A DNA stretch of 64,000 bases from contig CP068257.2 of assembly GCA_009914755.4 (NCBI GenBank), positions 11,264,001 to 11,328,000 on the forward strand. Direction: 5' to 3'. Shown here piece by piece: positions 39,861-52,500 of the stretch; position 1 is the stretch's first letter, and each line of letters starts with the position of its first letter. The position numbers and the translations under genes are program-made. Below the pieces are notes generated by a model. The model ran no database searches, was not told the DNA's origin, and was given only the letters and a program-made list of their open reading frames with translations. This DNA is from the human T2T-CHM13v2.0 reference genome, Homo sapiens.

Positions 39861-41260
39861 CTATCAATGTCAAAGTTCAACTCTTTTAGTTGAGTACACA
39901 CATCACAAACAAGTTTCTGAGAAAGCTTCTGTCTACTTTTTAAGGGAAGACATTTCCTTTTTCACCAAAGGCATCAAAGCGCTCCAAATGTCCACTTCCA
40001 GATTCTACAAAAAGAGTGTTTCAAACCTGCTCTAAGTAAGAGAGTTTTCAACTCTGTGACTGGAATGCAGATATCACAAAGTAGTTTCTGAGACTGCTTC
40101 TGTGTATACTTTAGATGAAGATATTCCCGTTTCCAACGATATCGTTAGACCTATCCAAATATCCACTTACAGTTTCTACAAAAAGAGTGTTTCCAAACTG
40201 CTGCATCAAAAGAAAGGTTCAAGTCTGTTAGTTGAGGACACACATCACAAAGAAGTTTCTGAGAAAGCTTCTCTCTAGATTTTGTATGAAGATATTCCCT
40301 TTTCCAACGATATCCTTAAATCAACCCAAATATCAATTTGCAGAATCCACAGAAATAGAGTTTCAAAGCTGCTCTGTAAAAAGAAAGGATCCACTCTGTT
40401 AGCTGAGTACACACATCACAAACTTGTTTCTGAGAATCCTTCTGTCTAGTTTTTATGGGAAGATATTTACTTTTTCACAGTAGGTATCAAAGCGCTCCAA
40501 ATGTCCACATCCAGATACTACAGAAAGAGTGTTTCAAACCTGCTCTATGAAAGGGAATCTTCAACTCTATGAGTTGAATGCAGATATCAGAAAGTAATTT
40601 CTGAGAATGCTGCTGTCTACCTTTCATTTGAATTCCCGCTTCCAACGAAATCCTCCAAGCTATCCAAGTATTCACTTGCAGATTCCACAAAAAGAGTGTT
40701 TCAAAACTACTCTATCAATAGAAAGGTACAACTCTGTCAGTTGAGGACACACATCACAAACAAGTTTCTGAGAATTCTTCAATTTTTTATGGGAAGACAT
40801 TTCCTTTTTCACCGTAGGCATCAAAGCGCTCCAAATGTCCACATCCAGATAGTACAGAAAGAGTGTTTCAAACCTGCTCTATTAAAGGGAATGTTCAACT
40901 CTATGAGTTGAATGCAAACATCAGAAAGGAATTTCTGAGAATGCTGCTGTCTAGCTTTTATGTGAATTCCCGCTTCCAACGAAAAACTCCAAGCTATCCA
41001 AATATCCACTTGCAGATTCCACAAAAAGAGTGTTTCAAAACTGCTCTATCAATAGAAATGTTCAACTCCTTTCGCTGGGTACACAGATCACAAACAAGTT
41101 TCTGAGAATGCTTCTGTCTAGTTTTTATGGGAAGACATTTCCTTTTTCACCAAAGGCATCAAAGAGCTCCAAATGTCCACTTCCAGATATACAAAAAGAG
41201 TGTTTCAAAAGTGCTCTAAGAAAGCGAATGTTCAACTCTGTGACTTGAATGCAGATATCA
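39861..41260 (-). repeat. Third (partial, ~1.4 kb) copy of the diverged HOR; ~95% identical to 30,360-31,760
   Basis: ORFs at 40487, 40696, 40821, 40863 and 41030 correspond to 30986, 31195, 31320, 31362 and 31529 at a constant offset of 9,501. 39,890-40,150 matches 30,390-30,650. Confidence 0.7.
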
Positions 41261-43500
41261 CAAAGTAGTTTCTGAGAGTGCTTCTCTCTAGATTCTAGAC
41301 GAAGATACTGCCGTTTCCATCGATATCGTTAGAGCTATCCAAATATCCGCTTGCTATTTCTACAAAAAGAGTATTTGCAAACTGCTGTATCAAAGACAGG
41401 TTGTACTCTGTTAGTTGACGACACTCCTCACAAAGGAGTTTCTGAGAATGCTTCTGTCTAATTTTTATTGGAAGATGTCTCCTTTTTCACCATAGGCCTG
41501 AAAGCGCTCGAAATGTCCCCTTCCAGATAGTACAGAAAGAGTGTTTCAAACCTGCTCTATGAAAGGAAATTTTCAATTCTGTGACTTAAAAGCAAACATC
41601 ACAAAGAAGCTTCTGAGAATTCTGCTGTCTTCTTTTTTATGTCATACCGTTTCTAACGAAATCCTCAAAGCTATCCAATTATCCACTTGCAGATTCCACA
41701 AAAAGAGTGTTTGAAAACTGATCTATAAATAGAAAAGTTCAACTCTGTTGGTTGAGTACATACTTCACAAAGTAGTTTGTTAGAATGTTTCTGTCTAGTT
41801 TTTATCGGAAGACATTTCCTTTTTCACCAAAGGCGTCAAAGCGCTCCAAATGTCCACTTCCAGATTCTACAAAATGAGTTTTCAAACCTGCTCTAAGAAA
41901 GGGAATGTTCAACTCTGTGACTTGAATGCAGATATCACAAAGTAGTTTCTGAGAGTGCTTCTGTGTATACTTTAGATGAAGATATTCCCGTTTCCAACGA
42001 TATCGTTAGACCTATCCAAATATCCACTTACAGTTTCTACAAAAAGAGTGTTTCCAAACTTCTGCATCAAAAGAAAAGTTCAACTCTGTTAGTTGAGGAC
42101 AGACATCAGAAAGAAGTTTCTGAGAATGCTTCTCTCTAGATTTTGTATGAAGATATTCCCGTTTCCAGGAATATCGTTAAAGCAATCCAAATATCAACTT
42201 GCAGATTCCACGGAAATAGAGTTTCTAAGCTGCTCTGTAAAAAGAAAGGTTCCACTCTGTTAGGTGAGTACGCACATCACAAACATATTTCTGAGAATCC
42301 TTCTGTCTAGTTTTTATGGGAAGATATTTCCATTTTCACCATAGGTGTCAAAGCACTCCTAATGTCCACTTCCCGATACTACAAAAAGGGTGTTTCAACC
42401 CGGCTCTATGAAATTGAATGTTCAACTCTACGAGTTGAATGAAAAGATCATGAAGAAGTTTCTGAGAATGCTTCTGTCTAGATTTTGTATGAAGGTATTC
42501 CCGTTTCCAACGAAACCCTCTAAGCTATCCAAATTTCCACTTACAGATTCTTCAAAAAGAGTGTTTCAAACCTGCTCTGTCAAAAGAAAGGTTCAACTCT
42601 GTTAGTTGAGGTAACACATCACAAACAAGTTTCTGAGAATGCTTCTGTCTTTTTTTTATTGGAAGATATTTCCTTTTTCACAATAGGCGACAAAGTGCTC
42701 GAAATATCCACTTGCACATACTACAAAAAGTGTGTTTCAAACCTGCTCTATGAAAGGAAATGTTCAACTCTATGAGTTGAAAGCAAACATCAAAAAGAAA
42801 TTTCTGAGAATGCTGCTGTCTACTTTTTATATGAATTCCCGTTTCCAATGAAATCCTCAAAGCAATCCAAGTATCCCCTTGTAGATTCCACAAAAAGAGT
42901 GTTTCAAAACTCCTCTATGAACAGCAAGGTTCAACTCTGTTAGTTGGGACACACATCACAAAGAGTTTTCTGAGAATGCTTCTATGTAGATTTTATATGA
43001 AGATATTCCCGTTTCCAACGAAATCCACAAAGCCATCCAACATCCCCTTGCCGATTCTACAAAAAGAGTGTTTCAAAACTGCTCTGTAAAAAGAAAGGTT
43101 CAACTCTGTTAATTGAGTACAGACATCCCAAACATGTTTCTGAGAATGCTTCTGTCCAGTTTTTAATGGAAGATATTTCCTTTTTCACCATAGGCGTCAA
43201 AGCGCTCCAAATGTCCAATTCCAGATACTACAAAAAAGAGTGTTTCAAACCTGCTCTATGTAAGGGAATGTTTATCTCTACGAATTGAATGAAAACATCA
43301 CAAGAAGTTTCTAGGAATGCTTCTGTCTAGGTTTTATAGGAAGATATTCCCGTTTCCAACGAAATCCTCAAGGCTATCCAAATATCCACTTCCAGATTCG
43401 ACAAAAAGAGTGTTTCAAAACTGGTCTGTCAAAAGAAAATTTCAACTCTGTTAGTTGAGTACATATATCACAAACCGGTTTCTGAGAATGCTTCTGTCTA
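41261..43500 (-). repeat. Decayed HOR-related alpha monomers (~80-90% identity to HOR monomers), a transition layer
   Basis: Monomers 41,930-42,330 are recognisably m3-m6-like (gtgtatactttagatgaagatattcccgtttccaacgatatcgttagacctatccaaatatcc; cf. 40,100 and 30,610), but much more diverged. No in-register repeat was seen. Confidence 0.5.
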
Positions 43501-46500
43501 GTTTTTATGGGAAGATATTTCCTTTTTCACCGAAGGCATCAAAACGCTCCAAATATCCACTTCCAGATACTACAAAAAGAGTGTTTCAAACCTGCTCTAT
43601 GAAAGGGAATGATGTTCAAATCTGTGACTTGAATGCGGATATCACAAAGCGGTTTCTGAGAGTGCTTCTGTCGAGATTTTATATGAAGATATTCCCGTTT
43701 CCAAAGAAATATTTAGCGCTATCCAAAGATCCACTTGCAGATTCTACAAAAAGAGTGTTTCCAAACTGCTGTATCAAAAGAAAGGTTCAACATCTGTGAA
43801 CATAAAGATGTTTCTGATAATGATTCTGTCTAGTTTTTATGTGGAGATATTCCCGTTTCGAACGAAGGCCTCAAAGTGCTACAAATGACAACTTGCAGAT
43901 TCTGCAAAAAGAGTGTTTCAAAACTGTTCTATGAAAAGAAATGTTCAACTCTGAGAGTTGAATGCAAACGTCACAAAGAAGTTTCTGAGAATGCTTCTGT
44001 CTGGTTTTTATGTGAAGATATTACCGTTTCCAACGAAAGCCTCAAAGATGTCCTAATATCCACTTATGAATTCTACAAGAAGTGTTTCAAAAGTGCTCTT
44101 TCAAAGGAAAGGTTTAACACTGTGAGTTGAGTACACACATCACAAAGCAGTTTCTTAGCATGCTTCTGTCTAGTTTTTATGTGAAGATATTTCCTTTTTC
44201 ACCATAGGCCTCAAAGCGCTCCAAATGTCCACTTCCAAATACTGCAAAAAGAGTGTTACAAAACTACTCTATGAAAGGGAATGTTCAACTCTGTGAGTTG
44301 AATGCAAACATCACAAAGAAGTTTCTGAGAACGCTTCTGTCTAGTTTTTATGTGAAGATATTCCCGTTTCGAACGAAGGCCACAAAGCTCTCCAAATGTC
44401 CACCTGCAGATTCCAGAAAACGAGTGTTTCAAATCTCCTCTATCAAAAAAATTGTTAAACTCTGTGAGTTGAGTACACATATCACAAAGAAGTTTCTGTG
44501 AATTCTTGTGTGTAATTTTTATGGGAAGATATTTCCTTTATCACAATACACCTCAAAGAGCTCCAAACGTCCACTTGCAGATTCTACAAAAAGTGTGTTT
44601 CAAAACTGCCCTATGAAAAGGAATGTTCAACTCCATGAGTTGAATGCAAACATCAAAAAGAAGTTTCTGAGAATGCTTCTTTCTAGTTTTTATGTGAGGA
44701 TATTCCCGTTTCCACGGAAATCCTCAAAGCTATCCAAATATCCACTTGCAGATACTACAAAAAGATTGTTTCAAAATTGGTCTATCAAAATAAAGTTCAA
44801 CTCTGTGAATTGAGTACACACATCACAAAGAAGTCTCTGATAATTCTTCTGACTAGTTTTTATGTGAAGATATTTCCTTTTTCACCATAGGCCTCAAATC
44901 GCTCCAAATGTCCACTTCCAGATACTACAAAAAGTGTGTTTCAAAACTGCTCTATGTAAGGGAATTTTCAAATCTGTGAGTTGAATGCAAACATCACAAA
45001 GAAGTTTCTGAGAATGCTTCTGTCTAGTTTTTATGTGAAGGCATTCCCGTTTCCTACGAAATCCTCAAAGCTATCCAAATATCCTCTTGCAGATTCTACA
45101 AAAAGCGTGTTTCAAAACTGCTCTATCAAAAGAAAAGTTCAACTCTGTGAGTTGAGTACACACCTCACAAAGAAGTTTCTGAGAATTTTTATGTCTATTT
45201 TTTATGGGAAGATATTTCCTTTTTTATCATAGACCTCAAAGCCCTCCAAGTTTCCACTTACACATTCTACAAAAAGTGTTTCAAAACTGCTCTATGAAAA
45301 GGAATTTTCAATTCTGTGAGTTGAATGGAAGCATCACAAAGAAGTTTCTTACAATGCTTCTGTGTGGTTTTTATGTGAAGATATACCCGTTTCCAGTGAA
45401 GGCCTCCAATCTCTCCAAATATCCACTTCCAAATTCTACAAAAAGATTGTTTCCAATCTCCTCTATCAAAAGAAAATTTCAACTCTGTGAGTTGAATGCA
45501 CACATCACAAAAAAGTTTCTGAGAATGCTTCTGTCTAGTTTTTTGTGAAGATAATCCCGTTTCCAAAGAAATCCTCAATGCTGTCTTAATATCCACTTGT
45601 AAATTCTACAAGAAGAGTGTTTCAAAACTGCTGTATCAAAAGAAAGGTTTAACTCTGTGAGTTGAGTACACACATCACAAAGTAGTTTCTGAGAATGCTT
45701 CTGTCTACTTTTTATGTGAAGATATTTCCTTTTTCACCATAGGTCTCAAATCTCTCCAAATATCCACTTGCATATTCCTCAAAAAGAGTGTTTCAAAACT
45801 GCTCTATGAAAAGGAACGTTCAACTCTGTGAAATGAATGCAAGCATCACAAATAAGTCTCTGAGAATGCTTCTCTCTAGTTTTTATATGAAGATATTCCC
45901 GTTTCCAACGAAATCCTCAAAGCTATCCAAATATCCACTTGCACACTTGACAAAAAGAGTGTTTCAAAATTGCAGTATCAAAAGAAAAGTTCAAATCTGT
46001 GAATTGAGTACACACATCAGACAGAAGTATCTGAGAATTCTTCTGTCTAGTTTTTATTGGAAGATATTTCCTTTTTCATCATATGCATCAAAGAGCTCCA
46101 TGTTTCCACTTACAGATCCTTCAAAAAGAGTGTTTCAAAACTGCTCTATGAAAAGGAATGTTCAACTCTGTGAGTTAAATAAAAGCATCAAAAAAAAGTT
46201 TCTGAGAATGCTTCTGTCTAGTTTTTATGTGAAGATATTTCCATTTTCTCTATAAGCCTCAAAGCTGTCCAAATGTCCACTTGCAGATACTACAAAAAGA
46301 GTGTTTCAAAAGTGCTCAATGAAAAGGAATGTTCAGCTCTGTGAGTTAAATGCAAACATCACAAATAAGTTTCTGAGAATGCTTCTGTCTAGTTTTTATG
46401 GGAAGATAATTCCGTGTCCAGCGAAGGCTTCAAAGCTTTCAAAATATCCACTTGCAAATTCTACAAAAAGAGTGTTTCAAAGCTGCTTTATCAAAAGAAA

Positions 46501-49500
46501 GTTTCAACTCTGTGAGTTGAATGTGCACATCACAAAGAAGTTTCTGAGAATGCCTTCAGTCTGGTTTTTATGTGAAGATATTCCCTTTTCCAACGAAAGC
46601 CTCGAAGCTGTCCAAATATCCACTTGTAAGTGCTGCAAAAAGAGTGTTTCAAAACTGCTACAGCAAAAGAAAGGTTTATCTCTGTGAGTTGAGTAGACAC
46701 ATCAAGAAGAAATTTCTGAGAATGCTTCTGTCTAGTTTTTATGTGAAGATATTTCCTTTGTCACCATAGGCCTCCAAGCCCTCCAAATGTCCACTTGCAG
46801 ATGCTACAAAAAGAGTGTTTCAAAACTGCTGTATGAAAAGAAATGCTCAAATCTGTGAGATAAATGCATACATCACAAAGAAGTCTTTGAGAATGCTTCT
46901 GTCTAGTTTTTATGTTAAGATATTTCCTATTTCACCATACGTCTCAACGCACACAAAATGTACACTTGCAGATGCTACAAAGAGAGTGTTTCAAAACTTG
47001 TAGATCAAAACAAGTGTTCAACTTTGTGAGTTGAGGACACACATCTGAAAGAAGTTTCTGAGAATGCTTCTGTCTAGTTTTTATGTGAAGATATTCCCGT
47101 TTCCAGCGAAAGCCCCAAAACTATCCAAATATCCACTTGCACATTCTACAAAAAGAGTGTTTCAAATCTGCTCTATCAAAATAAAGGTTCAACTCTGTGA
47201 GTTGACTACACACATCACAAAGAAGTTTCTAAGAATGCTTCTGTCTGGTTTTTATGGGAAGATATTTCCTTTTTCAACATAGGCCTTGCAGCATCTACAA
47301 AAAGAGTTTTTCAAAACTCCTCTAAGAAAAGGAATGTTCAACTCCATGAGTTTAATGCAAAGATCACAAAGAAGTTTCTGAGAATGCTTCTGTCTAGTTT
47401 TAACCTGAAGACAGTTCCGTTTCCAGTGAAGGCTTGAAAGCTGTCCAAATATCCACATGCAAATTCTCAAAACGAGTGTTTAAAAGCTGCTCTATCACTA
47501 GAAAGTTTCACCTCTGTGAGCTGAATGCACACAGAAGTTTCTGAGAATGCTTCTGTCTGGTTTTTATGTGAAGATATTCCCGTTTCCAACCAAAGCCTCA
47601 AAGCTGTCCAAATATCCATTTGCAGATCCTACAGGGAGAGTGTTTCAAAACTGCTCTATAAAAAGAAAGGTTCTACTCTGTGAGTGGAGTACACACATCA
47701 CAAAGAAGTTTCTGAGAATGCTTCTGTCTAGTTTTTATGTGAAAATAGTTCGTTCTCCAAAATAGTCCTCAAAGCGCTCCAAATGTCCACTTGCAGATTC
47801 TACAAAAAGAGTGTTTCAAAACTGCTCTATGAAAAGGAATGTTCAACTCTGTGAGCTGAATGCAACCATCACAAAGAATTTTCTGAGAATGATTCTAATT
47901 ATTATGTGAAGATATTCCCGTTTCGAACGAAGGCCTCAAAGCGCTCCAGATGTCCACTTGCAGATTCTACAAAAAGAGTGTTTCAAAACTGCCCTATGGA
48001 AAGGAGGATTCAACTCTATGAGTTGAATGCACACATCACAAATGGTTTTTGCGAATGCTTCTGTCTGCTTTTTATGTGAAGATATTTCCTTTTTCACCAT
48101 AGGCCTCAAAGAAATCCAAATATCCACTTGCAGATACTACAGAAAGATTGTTTCAAAACTTCTGTTTCGACTCTGTGAGTTGAATGCACACATCATAAAG
48201 AAGTTTCTGAGAATGCTTCTGTCTAGTTTTTTTGTGAAGATATTCCCGTTTCCAAGGAAAGCCTCAAAGCTGTCCTAATATCCACTTTTGAATTTTACAA
48301 GTAGAGTGTTTGAAAACTGCTCTGTCAAAAGAAAGGTTTAACTCTGTGTGTTGAGGGCTCACATCACAAAGAAGTTTCTGAGAATGCTTCCATCTATTTT
48401 TTATGTTAAGATATTTCCTTTTTCACCATAGGCCTCAAAGCACACCAAATGTCCACTTGCATATTGTGCAAAGAGTGTTTCAAAACTGTGCTATCAAAAG
48501 AAGCGTTCAACACTGTGAGTTGAACGCACACATCACAAAGAAGTTTCTGAGCATGCTTCTGTATAGTTTTTATGTGAAGATATTCCCGTATCCGAAGAAG
48601 GCCTCCAGGTGGTCTAAATATTTGCACATTCTACTAAAAGAGTGTTTAAAAGCTGCTGTATGATAAAGTATGTTCGAATTTGTGAGTTGAATGCACACAT
48701 CACAAAGAAGTTTCTGAGAATGCTTCTGTCTAATATTTATGTGAAGATATTACGGTTTCCAACGAAGTCCTCAAAACCGTCCAAATATCCACTTGCAGAT
48801 TTTATAAAAAGAGTGTTTCAAAGCTGCTCTATCAAAAGAAAGCTTCAACACTGTGAGTGGAATGCACACATCACAAAGTAGTTTCTGAAAATGCTGCTGT
48901 CTAGTTTTTATGTGAAGATATTCCCATTTCCAATGAAGGCCACAAAGCCGTCCAAATATCCACTTGCAGATTCCACTAAAAGAGTGTTTCGAAACTGCTC
49001 TATGATAAGGAATGTTCAACTCTGTTAATTGAAGGCAAACATCACAAAGAAGTTTCTCAGAATGCTTCTCTCTAGTTTTTGTGTGAAGATATATCCTTTT
49101 CCATCATAGGCCTCTAAGCTCTCCAAATGTCCACTTGCAGATTCTACAAAAAGAGTGTTTCAAAACTGCTCTCTCAAAAGTAAGGTTCAACTTTTTGAGT
49201 TTAATACACACATCACATAGAAGCTTCTGAGAATGCTTCCGTCTAGTGTTTGTGTTAAGATATTCCCGTTTCCAACGAAGGCTTCAAAGCGGTCAAAATA
49301 TCCTCTTGCAGATACTACAAAAAGCGTGTATCAAAACTGCTCCATGAAAAGGTATGTTCAACCCTGTGAGTTCAATGTAAACATCACAAAGAAGTTTCTG
49401 AGAATGCTTGTGTCTGTTTTTTTGTGTGAAGATGTATCCTTTTCCACCATAGTCCTCAAAGCTCTCCAAATGTGCACTTGCAGATTCTACAAAAAGTGTG

Positions 49501-52500
49501 TTTCAAAACTCCTCTACCAAAAGAAAGGTTCAACTCTGTGAGTTTAATGCCCAGATCACAGACAAGTTTCTTAGGATGCTTCTGTCTAATGTTTATGTGA
49601 AGATATTCCCGTTTCCAACTAAGGCCTCAAAGAAGTCCAAATATCCAATTGCAGATTCTACAAAAAGAGCATTTCAAAACCTCTCTATGAAAATTTATGT
49701 TCAACTCTTTGAGCTGAATGCAAAGATCACAAAGAAGTTTCTGAGAATTCTTCTGTCTCATTTTTATATAAAGATATTTCCTTTTCCACCATTGGCCTCA
49801 AACCTCTCCAAATGTCCACATACAGATTCTACAAAAAGAGTGTTTAAAACCTGCTGTATCAAAAGAAGGGATCAACTCTGTGAGATGAATGAACACATCA
49901 CAAAGAAGTTTCTGAGAATGATTCTGTCTAGTTTTTATGTGAAGATATTCCCGTTTCCAACGAAGGCCTCAAAGGGGTCCAAATATCCACCCACAGACCG
50001 TGAAAAAAGAGTGATTCAAAACTGCTCTATCAAAAGAAAGGTTCAACTCTGTGAGTTGAATTTACACATCACAAAGAAGTTTCTGAGAATGCTGCTATCT
50101 ACTCTTTATGTGAACATATTCCCATTTCCAACGAAGACCTCAAACAATTCGAAATATCCACTTGCAGATTCTACTAAAAGATTGTTTCAAAAGTGCTCTC
50201 ATAAGGAATGTTCAACTCTGTGAGGTGAAAGCAAACATCACCAAGAAGTTTCTGAGAATGCTTCTGTCTAGTTTTTATGGAAAGATATTTTCTTTTCCAC
50301 CGTAGGCCTTAAAGCGCTCCAAATGTCCACTTGCAGATCCTACAAAAAGAGTGTCTCAAAAGTGCTCTCATAAGGAATGTTCAACTCTGTGAGGTGAAAG
50401 CAAACATCACCAAGAAGTTTCTGAGAATGCTTCTGTCTAGTTTTTATGGGAAGATATTTCCTTTTCCACCGTAGGCCTTAAAGCGCTCCAAATGTCCACT
50501 TGCAGATCCTACAAAAAGAGTGTCTCAAACCTACTCTCTCAAAAGAAAGGTTCAACTGTGTGAGTTGAATACACACGGCACAAAGAAGTTTCTGAGAAAG
50601 ATTCTGTCTAGCGATTATGTGAAGATATTCCCGTTTCCAACAAAGGCTTGTAAGTGGTCCAAATATCCACTTGCAGATTCTACTAAAAGAGTGTTTCTAA
50701 ACAGCTCTATGATAAGATATGCTTAACTCTGTGAGTTGAGAACAAACATCACAAAGAAGTTTCTGAGAATGCTTCTGTCTAGTTTTTATGTGAAGATATT
50801 TCCTTTCCCACCATAGGCCTCAAAGTGCTCCAAATGTCAACTTGGAGATTATGCAAAAAGAGTGTTTCCAACCTGCTCTATCAAAAGAAATGTTCAACTC
50901 TGTGAGATGAAAGCACATATCACAGAGAAGTTTCTGAGAATTCTTCTGTCTGGTTTTAATATGAAGATATTTCCTTTTCCACCATAGGATTCAAAGCTCT
51001 CCAAATGTCCACTTGCAGATTCTACAAAAAGAGTGTCTCAAAACTGCTCTATCAAAAGAAAGGGTCAAATCTGTGGGTTGAATGCACACATCACAAAGAA
51101 GTTTCTGGGAATGCATCTTTCTAGTTTTTATGTGAAGATATTCCCGTATCCAATGAAGGCCTCAAAGCAGTCCACATATCCACTTGCAGATTCTGCAAAA
51201 AGTGTTTCAAAACTGCTCTATCAAAAGAAATGTTCAACTCTGTGAGTTGAATGTACACATCACAAGGAAGTTTCTGAGACTGCTGCTGTCTAGTATTTAT
51301 GTGAAGATATTCCCGTTTCCAATGAAGGCCTCTAGGCGTTCCAAATATCCACTTGCAGATTCTCCTGAAGGAGTTTTTCAAAAATGCCCTGTGATAAAGT
51401 ATGACCAATTCTGTGAGTTGAATGCAAACATCAGAAAGAAGTTTCTGAGAATGCTTCTGTATAGTTTTGATGTGAAGATATTTCTTTTTCCACCATAGGC
51501 CTCAAAGCTCTCCAAATGTCCACATGCAGATTCCACGCAAAGAGTGTTGCAAACCTGCTCTATCAAAAGAAAGGTTCAGCTCTGTGAGTTGAATGCAAAC
51601 ATCACAAAGAAGTTTCTGAGAAGGCTTCTGTCTAGCATTTCTGTGAAGATACACCCGTTTCCAATGAAGGCCTCAAAGCGGTCGAAATATCCACTTGCAG
51701 ATTCTCCAAAAAGTGTTTCAAACCTGCTCTATCAAAAGCAAGGTTCAACTCTGTGAGATGAATGCACACATCACAAAGAAATTTCTGAGAATGCTTCTGT
51801 TTAGTTTTTATGCGATGATATTTCCTTTTCTACCAGAGGCCTCAAGCTCTCCAAATGTCCAAAAGCAGATTTTACAAAAAGAGTGTTTCAAAACTGCTCC
51901 ATCAAAAGGAAGGTTCAACTCTGTGAGTTGAATGCAAACATCACAAAGAAGTTTCTGAAAATGCTTCTGTCTAGTGTTTATATGAAGATATACCCGTTTC
52001 TAACGAAGGCCTCAAAGCAGTCCAAATATCCACTAGCAGAATCTACAAAAAGAGTGTTTCAAACCTGCTCTATCAAAAGAAAGGTTCAACTCTGCCAATG
52101 GAATGCACACATCACTAAGGAGTTTTTGAGAATGCTTCTGTCAAGTGTTTATGTGAAGATATTCACGTTGCCACGAAGGCCTCAAAGCGGTCCAAATATC
52201 CACTTGCAAATTCTACTGAAAGAGTGTTTCAACACTGCTCTATGATAAGGTATGTTCAACTCTGTGAGTTGAATGCAAACATCACAAAGAAGTTTCTGAG
52301 AATGCTTCCGTCTAGTTTTTATATGAAGACATTTCCTTTTCCAACATAGGCCTCAAACCGCCCCAAATGTCCACTTGCAGATTCTACAAAAAGAGGGTTT
52401 TAAACCCGCTCTATCAAAAGAAAGGTTCAACTCCGTGAGTTGACTCCACACAGCACAAAGAAGTTTCTGAGAATGCTTCTATCTCGTGATTATGTGACGA

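Noticed and set aside
49498-50223. 241-aa ORF, the longest in the window, and the 227-aa ORF at 58,630-59,313, as candidate protein-coding genes
   Set aside because: The translations are periodic at 57 aa (one 171-bp monomer). They merely reflect stop-free frames across 4 consecutive alphoid monomers. Equivalent ORFs exist in other frames and on the other strand, and there is no start context or recognisable domain.
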